A DNA stretch of 64,000 nt from a virus. Taxonomy: Duplodnaviria > Caudoviricetes. The DNA is taken from the IMG/VR virus record IMGVR_UViG_3300012979_000032, positions 1-64,000 of that record; one strand, 5' to 3'. Both the position numbers and the translations under genes were made by a program. This document shows positions 22,752 to 35,449 of the stretch, in pieces (the stretch's first letter is position 1; every line of letters starts with the position of its first letter). A model generated the notes under the pieces. That model saw nothing but the letters and a program-made list of their open reading frames with translations, was not told the origin of the DNA and did not search any database.

Positions 22752-25700
22752 TTAATATAATCTATCAACTGCTTTAATTGCATTAATAGTCATGGAACCT
22801 TTTGGATCAAGTGGAATAGTTAATTTATTTACTACATATTCACCATTAATATGACTATTATCGTCTCGAATCAACACTCTGGTATTCGGCTCTAAATGAT
22901 AAATAGGTAAGGTTGAAACAGTAATTGTTTCTGTACAATAAGAGTATTGATATAGATATTCATCCAATACATCTTTTGCCGATTTTCCCTAACTACTTAT
23001 AGTAAATAAATGTTGCAAATATTTAGGCACTTGAGCATATGCGTAACCAGTAGGTTTATTCCATGCATCGACTCCATTGGAATATTCTTCCCATTCATCA
23101 GGATGTAAAAACAATACTCCTGGGGTCTCTCTAAAATAAATGGCTTTTACATCTTTATCATTTACAGCTTTTGGCCTATCTCCAATACGCTTGACACTAT
23201 AAGACTCGATTTCTCCTTCAGTATCTAAAAAGTCGAACCAGAAAATTAATCCTTCTGGATTTGTCAATAGGTCAGCTTTCCAATATGGAGGATCATCCTC
23301 TTTAGAATTAAATTCTTTAATATCACTTTTTAAATAATAAGTTCCTTTAGGATCAAATTCAAGAGCTGGATGAACTAAAGGCTCATAAGTGTAAGAAGTA
23401 TAGCAATAATACCATGGAATAGTTTCCAATGCCGCTGCTAATTCTCCAAGATTATTACAACTTCTGACTTTCGTTAAACAAATTGTTTCCAAATCTTCGT
23501 TTGTAATATTTTTATCACAAGCCACTTGTCGATCTGTACTAGATCCACCATTTGGATCAGACTCATTAATAGTGTATTTTCCGGTAATTTTAACATGATT
23601 TCTATATTCAAACCAACAGCCAGAATCTCTTAATTGTGGCTTCGAAATTGCAATAGAAGTACAGCATTGCTAAATTCCACTCTTTACTCTATTATAATAC
23701 CATGGACGAGATTCATAATCTCCCTTTGTAATACCTGTTGGTGGTGGATAATAAGTACCTGTTTTATAGAAGTTATAAAGATTGGCTCTATGGAAAGGCT
23801 CTAATTTATGAACAAGAATTTTCTTATCATGTGCAGTTCTTTTACAATAAAGTTTTGGATCTTTTGTTTTTGTCCTTAGTTCTCTTCCTGTCGCAGTTTT
23901 TTCATAATCGCCAATTTTATAATAAGTTTCATCATTATTAATTGTCTCTGTGACAATTGGAACTGGCTAAATTTTTACATCCTTAACATAATAATATTTA
24001 CCTGCTTTTTTCCCTCGGTTAAATTCTTGTTCAGTAAGCATTAAAGCAATAGTATATGTATCACCAGATTTAGTATAATAATCTATATTATCATAATAAA
24101 TACTATTTTCTGTACAAGCTTCATAAACAGGAGCATCATAAAATAAAATTCCTTCGTCTCTTAAAGCCTCATATTCTATTTTTGTAATTGGTTCAATTTC
24201 ATAAGTGCATTCATAATCAGGATCATAAATTTGTCTCCAAAAGCCTAGCATATCAATATAATACTGCTCATATCCAGTCGATCCGCTTGGATAGAAAGTT
24301 GGATTCTGTTCTCGAATGGCAGTTGTTAAACTAATTTCTCTATCGGAATTCGCATAATAAGCCTTTTTATTGTTTTCAAATTTTTCTCTGGTAATAATAA
24401 CATCTTTATCATCAGCAACCTATTTAGCCTTTAATAAAATGGTTTTGGGATTGCTATTATCTACATTACCATACTTATTATGGTCTAAAGCCATTTGATA
24501 AATTAATTCTCTCCAATCAGTTTCATAAACAATCTAACTACCAAGTAATAACCCTTGGCCTCCATTTTCTTTTAAATCTTCAGCTGGAACTTGCGGCTTA
24601 TAGAAATAAGCATATCCTCCATAATATTGACCATTCTCTGAGAAATAATTTAACCATTCTGTATAAGAATGAGCGCAACCTCCATGAGTACCCCAATATG
24701 TACCATCACCATGAAAAATTACATCATCAATTGCAAAAGTCTTAGAAGGATGATTTTTCCATAAATCATACTAAGCCTGCGGGACGACTGAAACTTCATT
24801 TGTGCCGCTTGGGGTCACTTCATCTCCATTTGTAACAACATGGGCTCTAATAGGACAATATGCACCTAGATTCTTAGTGGGGACTGGTAAGCCACTAAAT
24901 TCCCAAGCTTTCGCCCAGTCTCGAACTTCCCACCAGTCTTCACTTAAGCCAAAACGAGAAGGCTCTTTCTAGTACCCTTTGCCTAACAATTGAAGCAAAC
25001 CAGATTGTTTATCTTCTTCTACTTCAGCTTCTGTTTTTGTTGTATATGTAGTCAAACCATCTACTGTAGTATAATAAGTTGGTTTTTTGTCAATTGCATA
25101 GCGCATATGAATTGGTAAGTCAATTCCTGTTGCACCTTTTTTAGTTCCCCAAATAGAGAAATCATTCTTCACATTATTTAGCGCTGGAGCGTTAGAAAAA
25201 GAAGAAACTAATTTACTGTTATATAAAGAATAAGTGTAGTCAGAAACATGAGCTGCGCTTTCTGCCCACTATTCTTCTCCATTATTAGTTAAATTATTCC
25301 AAGAGGTATGAATATAAGTTCGCTTCTTTTGAAATACAAACTGCCCATCTAAATTATAGAAATATTCAAAATTGCCAAGCATAGATACAACCTTGTCTAG
25401 CATTGCCGTTAATCCATCTCCAACATTAAGTACTAAATCAGAAACATAAACCAAATCAGTAATGCGATAGCCGCAAGTCATACCATACTCAATGCGAATA
25501 AGCTAAAATTCTTTTCGCTCTCCTGTTTTTTCATCTACTGAATAAACAGAAGAACCTCCTTCGGAAGCCTGAGATGTGAAATCATTAAGAGTTTTAAATT
25601 TAAAACCCTCCATGCGGCTCAGCTATTCAATAGTTTTCATATTGCCTTTATATTCATACATCTGTTCTTTATTTACAGTCATATTAGAAATATCTTCTTT

Positions 25701-26348
25701 ATCTACACTGTAAATAAAATACATTGGTTCTTCGCCTCTATAAGTTAAGAGTTCTAATCCCCATTCATCCAAATCATTAATAATAATATTGTGATAAGGC
25801 TCATTAGCAAAAGTATGAACAGCTTCACGAATAATATAATGTAAAGGCAATTTTCTTTTATAGTAACTATTATATCCGTTTTCTTCTTCTACAATATCAA
25901 AAGCATAAGATAATGCAGTTAAATTGCCACCTACGTCACCGTTAAGCAAACACATCTTATCTTTCCCTTGGATTGAGATTGTCGAAGAAGCGTTATTAAT
26001 ACTAATATTGAATGAACTTAATACAAAAGTGCCCTATGGAAACCATACAATTTCTCCATACTCAGTAGGATTAATGAAATTTTTCATTCCAATAGACACT
26101 CTAATTTTGGTATTAAGACACCACAAATATTCATTTATATCTAATCTCTAGGAAATTAAATTTAATGAACAGGAACGCCTTAACTTGGAAGCTCCATCTA
26201 CAGAAATGGAGCCTCCAGTAACGCGACCTTGAATCTCATCAATTGGGTCCTCTTCCAGGGTTAAAGCTAAAATTTTAACGTATAATTCTCGTTGCTTATA
26301 ATTATCAAGTTGTTCTAAAAAAATATTGTCAAGAAGATAATTATTCAT
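22752..26348 (-). CDS. Tail hub/tip-type protein (1,198 aa; code 15)
   Basis: Seven track ORFs in one frame. N-terminal EIQGRVTGGSISVDGASKLRRSCSL, EYFYNLDGQFVFQ and C-terminal PIYHLEPNTRV..GEYVVNKLTIPL are typical of baseplate-hub-like proteins. Confidence 0.65.
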
Positions 26349-29106
26349 TTAAATTATTCTCCTCTCTATAAGCTTGAACTTTCTCTTCAAGTTCATGCAA
26401 ATAAACTTCATTAAGTACATGATAATCTGTAGCCATTGGAAGAATTATACTATTTGTAGTCGTTAATTTTTTACGCTCTTCAACATACCGCTCTTTGGCA
26501 GTTTCTACTTCTTGGCGGCGATTAGATAAAAGTGGATCTTGAGTTTCAAAATTGTAAGTAGATTCTTGCATTTGATAACCAATATCCATTAAAACCCCAG
26601 GACCAATTTCAATATTAGTAATATCTTCTAGTCCTCGATAAGTCTAAGAAAAAACATCATACATGTTAATTGTATCATTATCAATAAGGACATTATATAA
26701 TTCCATATCATTGAAACTAGTAACTCTGCAAGTCCTAAAGTCATTTTTATCTATATATCTTCCATGGCCTTGCTTCCAGTAGTAGAGATAAGGATCTACA
26801 TATACATATTTTCGATTTTCCATTAAATACTCAGGAGTTTCTTTAAAACTATTATCAAGATAGTAATCTTCATTATCAATATCTAAATAAGTATCATCGT
26901 ATTTTTGGCCAGGTTGCAATTTCGCGCCTCGGACATAATATAATTTATATAAATGTAGTACATTCAAATGTTGAAAAATCTCTTCTACTGTGTACCCGAT
27001 TCCACCATGCAACTCATCTTCTTCTGTTAAATAAAATAATTCTTTCTCTTCATTAACGTACAGAGGATGGATTTCTCTTGGAAATAATTTAATGTATTTT
27101 ACTGCCAATACACTATGCTTGATGTCAGCCAAATAATTAAAGATATTCTTATAACCCTTTTCCCAGTAAGCATTGCCAATAAATTGATGACCAACTCGTT
27201 CAATGATAGAAACATCTTCAATAAGGTCGAAACTACTCTTTACCCATCCTTTATATCCAAAATGGAAGCTTCCTTCATAATGAATAATACGATCTCCAAC
27301 TTTAGCAGGAATCGCCACATAAGAAAAGGGCTAATCAGTAGTAAAATGATATGAACCCGTTGCTCCAATAAAAATTCTATTGCAGCTAATCGGAGACTCA
27401 CCGACTAAGAAATAAGAGCCTGGCGCCATTCCTTCAAAAGTTAATTGATAAACTTTTAATTCAGATTCAATACCAAGATTCATACCTTTATTAATTTGGA
27501 TAAGATCTTGAGGATGATCTGAACTTGCGTTTTTCTCAGCGATCTCTCTTAAATCCACAGTCTTCCAACGCATGGTCTATGGAGTAGTCATTTCAGGAGC
27601 TAGAATTCCAAAAGACACCAAAGAATCATATGAACAAGGTGCCATTTCATAAGCATTACAGTTAAATGTATGTAACATTCGACCCAGCTAATCCATTGGA
27701 GAAGCAGTAACATTCATAAGTCTTACAACAAAATTTCCTTCAGAAGGAGAACGATATAATTTAATACCACCATTATTTAGCCATGATAATACTTCTGTTT
27801 TAAAAAGTCGTTCTGCTCTAATATTATCAGTAATTAAATCTCTCATTGGGTATCTTTTATTATCAAAAGAATTATAAGGAAGTTCAAGCTCATCTTTAGT
27901 CATGAACTATTCAATACTATCCATCTAATAAGAAATTAGCCCAGATATAGTTAATTCTTTATATGAGACAGATCCATTTTTAATAATAAAAGGATATTTA
28001 CTACCGATAGTTTCAGTTTTTTGCTCCACTCGATTTTCTTTAAAAGTGCTAACTTTAGGATTAAATTTTACGACTAGCTGGCGCTATCCGTCATATAAAA
28101 ATAAATCCTCAAAATCAGCTACGACGCTATTAGATAATTTTCGTTCTGAATATACCTCATTGCTATTATATTGCTACAAAGCATATTGATAAGTAATGCC
28201 TTGCTCAACAGTGTAATCTTTAAATAGTACGCGATTTGGATATTCAGACTACAAAGCGAATTTTTTCATTGGCTCCCATTTATTAGGAGTTTTACTTGAT
28301 GCACGAGATAATAAAAATAATCCAGAAGCCAATTCATCAACATCTTGCACTAAATTGACTTGGATGGTTCCAGTTTCAAAATCATTTTCAACTTCAAGAT
28401 GAGCCTATAATACCATTGGTCTTAGTCTTCTCTAGTATAACTTATAACGTGGAGAAGAACGTACCATGCCATTAGATGTTGTTACCGAATATTCAATATA
28501 ATAAGGTCTATCGATATCAAGATCATCATGAAATTCAAAAGTATCGGTTGCTTCATAAGGGCTAACATCACCATGAGCATTATGCAAAATTTCACCAGTA
28601 TCTTTAATTATATTATAGTTTTCATCATATAAATAAAAACGACTTGAATATAATTTTTCACTGGTATCATAAGTAGTAGTATTATAAACGCCATCTTTTT
28701 CATTGTATGAAGCTTGTCGATATATTCCCGTATAAACATAATTATGATTATTTGATTGCGCTGTAGTCAATCCTTCAATTTTAACGGTTGGCTCAGAAGT
28801 AAATTTTGCAATTCCAACAGTAGAAAAATAACCAACTTCTTTATCAAGACCGACATAAGCGAGTTGAATTTTATAAAATTCTCCCAAGGCTAATTTTAAA
28901 TTTGAAACAGAAAATGTAGCCGGAGATGAACATCCACTAATAGTAACAGTTCCTATCGTAGATCCATTAATTTTCTTTACTTTTAAAACCAGTCCGTATA
29001 CTTCAGTAACACTTACAGCTCTACTCATAGAAAACGGGACCTCAATTGAGGTCCCGCTAAAGGCTGGAATTGTACCCGGTAAGACTGGTGGATACAATTT
29101 AGCCAT
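26341..29106 (-). CDS. Distal-tail/baseplate-like structural protein with FN3-like segments (921 aa; code 15)
   Basis: Five track ORFs in one frame. DYTVEQGITYQYAL(Q)QYN, ETIGSKYPFI and WLNNGGIKLYRSPSEGN motifs. Ends TAA, overlapping the next start. Confidence 0.65.
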
Positions 29107-29108
29107 AA

Positions 29109-29288
29109 TTATTCCTCCTCTACAACTGGCGCAACTGCGTTAGCTGCGGCAATCGCAGACTCAGACTCGACAATCTTTTGTAAAGTCTGGATGCACTGCA
29201 CCATAGCAAAAGAATTTTCTCCATGAGTATCAATAAGCATTAAAGTATTGATTACTCGATTAAGTAGTTCCATATTTTGATTATTCAT
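29109..29288 (-). CDS. Small hypothetical protein (59 aa)
   Basis: GGAGG/GAGGAG upstream of the ATG at 29288. Overlaps the stop of the upstream gene. Confidence 0.65.
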   Translation of the reverse strand: MNNQNMELLNRVINTLMLIDTHGENSFAMVQCIQTLQKIVESESAIAAANAVAPVVEEE

Positions 29289-29676
29289 GCTCCTCTTCCT
29301 CCTCAATCATAAAATTAATCGCCGCCAAATCAACGGGAGTTATTTCTAAAGATTCTAAAAGACTTATAGGTAATTTTAATATTTCTACTTCGCTCTCAAA
29401 AGAATCTAATACCTATCTTGCTTTTAAACACTCTTCATATTTTCCCTCTTGGATTTGGAATGACCCATCATTATTTTGCAAGGCTTGTCCGTTAGAATCT
29501 AAAACCAAATAATCAACAATAAAATTCCGCTCTTGAATTAGGTAAAAATCAAATTCTTTTTTTAAAGACAATAAATTTCTACTTAATAAAAAGCTAAGTT
29601 TAAAAGGTAATTTGGTTTCAGATAAATTCTAAATTGCAATGTATGCATCAGAAATTTGTTTAAAATTTAATTTCAT
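29281..29676 (-). CDS. Hypothetical protein, DUF1617-like (131 aa; code 15; absent from ORF track)
   Basis: AAGGAG RBS. MKLNFKQISDAYIAI(Q)NLSETKLPFKLSFLLSRNL...ITPVDLAAINFMIEE. Two TAGs, ends TAA. Confidence 0.7.
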
Positions 29677-29704
29677 TTAAAAAACTCCTTTTTCCCCAAT
29701 ATTT

Positions 29705-32700
29705 TTATACCCAAGTTAATGTCTAGGTTACACCATTAACAACTCGTGTACTTCCTGCATGATATTTAGTGCAAGTCGCATCACTCTTTCCCTTGGAATA
29801 ACCATTTGAATAGGCGGCCGCTACCGCGTCGGTATAAAACTTAGTAGCGGCCATATTAAAAGTTTTTTTACTTGTTGCTCCAGCTACAGTGATAGAAAGA
29901 GTTATTGTTCCACCACTCTCTGAAAATGATACACTATCAGAAGAAAAAATTGAAGCTGCATCAGGAGTACTTGCCGTGCCAGCAGGGGTAATTGTACAAG
30001 ATAACTTTCCTTCCGAAGCAGTAATCGTAGCTGGATGGTAATGATTAATAACGGCATCTGCGCATTCTAATAATGCGAATCCAACGCCATTCATGTCTCC
30101 CCAATAAATCCCTAATCCATTATTAGAATTCGAACTAGAATTACCAGTAACTATGTCATTTGCAGTAAATACTGAAGTTTGTGCCTCAGTTGCTATTGAT
30201 ACTGTACCAGTTAAATTACCGTTTTTAGTTCTATCAGCAGTTATAGTACTAGTATAGTATTTAATTACGCTGCCCTCTCCGCCTTTACGAGTAATCTCAA
30301 GTTCATCTACTAAAAATACTCTTTTATCAAACTATTCACACCAACTCATAATATCAGAAATTGCTGCATTAGCTCTTTTTAAGGCTTTTGCTGCTAAATT
30401 ATTCACTTCTTTGATGCGCTAATTGAGTGCCATAGTAATAACTTTAACAACCCAATCTTGGGTTGCCACAAGATGCCAGCCATCATTGCTACTACCATCA
30501 AAACCCGTAAAAGACTCTTTAAAGAAAATTCCATTATCAGCGAAAATACTTCCCCAAGGATATGACATAGTGCCGAGTGAAGTGACTGTACCACTTCCTG
30601 AATAAGTTGGTCGCCAAACAATAAGAGAACTACCCAAAGAAGAAGAGCCCTATGCTGTTTCTAAAATAACTCCTAATTTTAAGGAGCTGTTGTCATCACT
30701 ATCATCATACAAATGCCATGAGTTTAAAGCACCAGTAGAAAAAGATCCTGGGGTAATAGAAGTCGTGGCCAATGTAATTAATTCAACCTTTTGAGCCGTA
30801 TCTTCTCCAGTATCAAAATCTTCAAAATCAATATTATTTAAATCTAAAGTACCGGCAGTTACTGTTTGCGTGGTAACACTTCCTATTACAGTCTTTCCTA
30901 AGATACGATAATCTGCAATCCATAATTTTCCTTTCATCTCTTTATTTTTTATAGCACCAAGCCTAATGAAAGGAACTCCATCATCTGAATTATCAGAAGG
31001 ATTTCCTGACCACATAATAACTTCACCTAATCGAGAAGCAATCATATCTTTACTAATCTGCCAACCGCCAACAATACCATTACGCATATCTATCCAACCG
31101 TTTTGTAAATCAATAAAAGATCCTTGCTGAGCAGGAGTATCGTTATAACTAACTGGTTCTGCTGCCACTTTTCCTTTATTATTTAATTCCCAAACATTCC
31201 ATCCCGGAGGGATTGTTTGACCATTAAGACCAGCTGGATATTCACCAAATTTAATTTGAACATTTTTGCCAATGGGCTTTAAAGCATTTAATCTAGCGGT
31301 ATGAGTGCCGGTAATATTATATTTACCATCATAATTAGTAGATTGAATATATTGACCATCATTATCAAAATAAATCATTCCACGTTCATATGGTAAAGAT
31401 GTGTTTTTAAACTCACCTTTTGAAGCATCTGGCACCTCTTTATTTTTATAAATACCAGTAAATAATTTAAATGTAATGGTTCTAGGATCTGGGTCATTTT
31501 CAGTTGGAATGTGAATCTTTTTACCATTTTTCCAGTAATCATCCATTTGACGTTCTTTGGTATCAATTACAAAACCGCCCATTGGGCCAAACATTTTTAA
31601 GCTTGAACTAATGCCATCTGAACCATCCAAATCAATTTCCATACCTTGCTATGGTCTAATAATAGGCACTTCTCCATTGTGTCCAGTACCCAAATATTTA
31701 AATGAAGGACTAATACCATCACTATAAGCACCAGATGAAATAGTTCCATTATTACCATCAAACCAAATTCGACCATGACCAGCTTTACCAATAAAAGCAG
31801 TGCCATCAATATTAAAACCAAAACTTTGATCGCTTTGATGGAAACCATATAACCCCAAACCATTTTGATTATCTTCAAAAGCTTGAGTAATATCACCCAT
31901 TAACACGCCAGAAAAAGTATTATTTACATCTTTAATTCCAGCGCCAACCATCGCTGCTAATATTGTACCATTTTTTTCGTCGATTGTCAAGCCGCCATCC
32001 CATTTATTTAACATTGCAGAACCATATTTATTCTACATAATTAAAACTGGCATAACACATACAATATCATTATTAGAATCTCTTCCATACACACAGAAGT
32101 TTTCTGCAATACTATTACCTAAAATATACATATCTAATGGCTTTAATAAACCAGAAGGAGTTACTGTAGGATAAAAGGATTCAATTGATCTTGCTTCCGC
32201 TTCTGGCTTACCATCGGAAGCACGAATGCGAGCAGACCAAGTAATGTTTGGCACATCTTCCAAAAGACTATCTAAAAGACGATAAGGATCTTTATAATAC
32301 TTAGCATTTGCTCCATTTCGATCATAAATAACTCTATTAGCACCAATAACTTGACGATAATATTTTTTAGCATCAATATCATTTGGTCTTGGCGTGATAG
32401 TAGGATTTTCAATTTTTTGAGTGCGCTTTAATAACTTCTTTTTTACCATTGGAATTGGTAAAAAAGTTTTTAATTTATCATCACGAGTATTACCAGTGGG
32501 AACCTTATTCCCCTCTTCATCTAATTTATAATCTCCAGCGACTTTACCAAGATCTTGTAAGACTGGATCAGCGTCAATCTCCTCTTGTGTGTAAGTCTCA
32601 AATTCATAAACAATTTTATAAGGGACTTCAGCTTCAATAACTAAATAAAAATCTTGACCGCTTTTATTAAAGCCCTCTTCTTCTGTGACACCTTTCCACT

Positions 32701-35338
32701 CTAAGATCATATTCTATCCGCCAGAAGAATGAGGAGTTAATTTAAAAGGTTGTTCAGGAAATTCTTTATAATTAACAAAATTATAAGATACCGGATGAGC
32801 AAAGCCGCCTCCTTCTTTTAATTCTGTAAAATAACCTTCAATTAATTTATTATTATAATCATATAATTCAGGAACAACAATTAAAGCTCCCGGTCCAGAA
32901 AGTTCTGAAACGATATTCCCTTCTGTATCTTCACTATATCTGTAAGTTGTAATACTTAAAGCACTTGCAGGTATATCACTCTTAGAAGCGCCATCGTCTC
33001 CTTCAATTTCAAACAATCTCAAAATAAAAGTAGAATCTGTACCATTAGTACCAGCGATGCCAAAAACCATATTAGCATGAGCTTTTGCTACAGTATCGCC
33101 TTTTACAATTCTACAGTAAATGAAATTATTAGTTTCCATCTAAGTATAATAATCTTTAATTCTGAAATTTTGTCGAGCATACATATGATGTTCTGCAATT
33201 AAAGCTTCTTCATCAATTTCAGTTTTATCTCGCTGAGGACGGCGTTCAATCATACAATATTTACCAAGAGGAAGTCCAACATCATTATTTGCGTCTTTAA
33301 CTTCAATATCCTCTTGGACGTCATATTCTGAATACTCAATACCATTAACGGGCGTAGCAATCATAGTACTATCCAATGGAATATACCATGTAATGACCTC
33401 AGTATCATCAACTTCATATTTAAAGTTATCTTCTCCGCTACCTTCATGAAGAATACCAGCTAAAGTCCGATAAACAGCTTCACAATATCTAACTTGATCA
33501 GCTTCAGCAGTATTTGTAATTAAACCAGAATCCTCATAAATTAAATACTGGCCTTTTAGTCCACCAGGGTCAACAAGAATCTGCAAATCTGCAATTGTAT
33601 TATCTGTATATTTTTCTGGATAATAGGCCAAATTTGGGAAGACTAACTCTTGACTTGTAATATGTTTAATTTCACTGCGCATCTCCGTATAAAGAGTTAA
33701 TGCAGTAATCAAATCGCCATATTCTTCATCACTTATCTCTCCATTATTTTCTTTACGCAAAGTATTGATTTTACTTTTTCCTGCATTTAATGTCATTGTA
33801 CCATCCATAACATCGTATAAAACGTCTTGACATTCTTCATATGCTGCGCTTGCATTATCATTATTTGCAATTACTTTAAATTCATCTGTTAAAGCAAACT
33901 GTGCATTAATATAACGCTCGCTTGGGACAGATACAACTGCCTTAAATCTCAATGACGGAATTGTTGTATTATTAGTCGGAGTAATAAAAGTATATTTAAA
34001 TTCATTCTTTGGTAAGAAATTCTCATCCAAAGTACTTGCAATTTCAATCCAATTCTTATCTGCAGATTTATAACCAGTATAGCGGCTAGCTTGTTCAGCA
34101 CGCTCATTGCGCTCTGCTAAAAGTAATTTTAAACGTTCTAAGTCAGCTTCTACCTAATCTTTTTGAGTAGCTGAATTCTAATAATCTGGATCGTCTTCCG
34201 CAATATTTTCTAATCTTTCAGTTAAAATCTTCAAATCTTCTTCAAGCTCTTTTATTTCTTTTGCAACGGAAGCAATGTAAGTACTATCATACTAAAACCA
34301 ACGGATATCGGCCTTAGTCTCTGGCTGAGGATATTTATCGGTATTGGCCGCACCAGTATATTCTGGGTTTCTAGGAATTTCTACATAATCATCAACAACA
34401 ACGGCACTTACACCTTCTGCAACATGAATCCATTTCGCTTCAATAGTTTTCTCTTCGCCTTGAGCAGATTCACCATCAAAAGATTGCTCATCAGAAGTAA
34501 AAATTCTTAAATCATCACCATCAAAATTACTAATGTCGTATCCAACAGAAACATAAGGTGCTTTCATAAAAATATTTGATGGAATTTTTTTACCATCTTC
34601 AGTTCCTGGAGCTTTTGTGCCATCAGTTAAACGGAAATTATTTCCTTGGAAAAACGTCAAAGATAAAGATTTAATTTCCTCAATAGCACTAATATCTAAA
34701 AGAACTTCTTGATTATAAAAAGTTTCATAAAAATACGGATTACCATACATTTCATCCGTTGTTAGCTAAAATGGAGTAAGTTCTCCAAGAGCGTTTTCAA
34801 CAATTAAAGCTAATCCATAATCGCCGCTCATAATATCAGCATCAGCAAGCCAAGTTTTAAATTGGGCTTTCAAAGCTAAGCGATCAAAACCTCGTAAATT
34901 TAAATTTTGAGCTTCCCAAATAGTAATTGATTTTTCTTTCTCATAATTTGCCGTCAATTCCCATTGAGAAGCACTTAGAGAAGTAATCAAATTACCAGTG
35001 ATATCAAGAAAACTTTCCATAGGATTAATATAATTATAATAAGCGTCGCCATCTTCAATATATTTACCGATAATAATTTTATTTTCGGCTGAAGTGTCTC
35101 CACGAGGAATTGTTACATATACGCAATCATTGCGTTGATAGCTGGTATTTTCAGAATGGGCCTAAAACTTATTCGTTTGTTCAGCACCAATTTCAGCTAC
35201 AGTATAAATTCCTTTATCTGCCTAATCAGCATTCACAATTACTGCTTTAATAGTAGTATCATAATTAAGGCTTTGTAGTCGAGCACTAATAATCTCATCT
35301 ACAGCATTAAATAGATTTTCAGTAGCTTGATTTGCCAT
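29705..35338 (-). CDS. Central tail spike/tip-like protein (1,877 aa; code 15)
   Basis: AAAGGAGG RBS and ATG at 35338. Nine track ORFs in one frame. Gly-rich beta-repeat region (GFNIDGTAFIGKAGHGRIWFDG, GIVGGWQI). First gene after the TMP. Confidence 0.7.
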
Positions 35339-35362
35339 AAAAGGCCTCCTTTCTCTCTTTAC

Positions 35363-35408
35363 CTATTATCTATAAAAGTTAGCATTTTTTTATTTATCAT
35401 TATTGCCC
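35363..35408 (-). promoter_or_regulatory. Putative phage late-promoter motif, copy 4 (GGGCAA...TATAGATAATAG)
   Basis: 46-bp fixed spacing, located between the TMP terminator and the next RBS. Confidence 0.6.
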
Positions 35409-35409
35409 A

Positions 35410-35445
35410 AATAAAAAAATAGGGTAGAGATTTCTCTCTACCCTA
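35410..35445 (-). terminator. Rho-independent terminator after the TMP gene
   Basis: TAGGGTAGAGA/TCTCTACCCTA stem with GAAA loop, followed by a T-run. Confidence 0.85.
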
Positions 35446-35449
35446 AATT

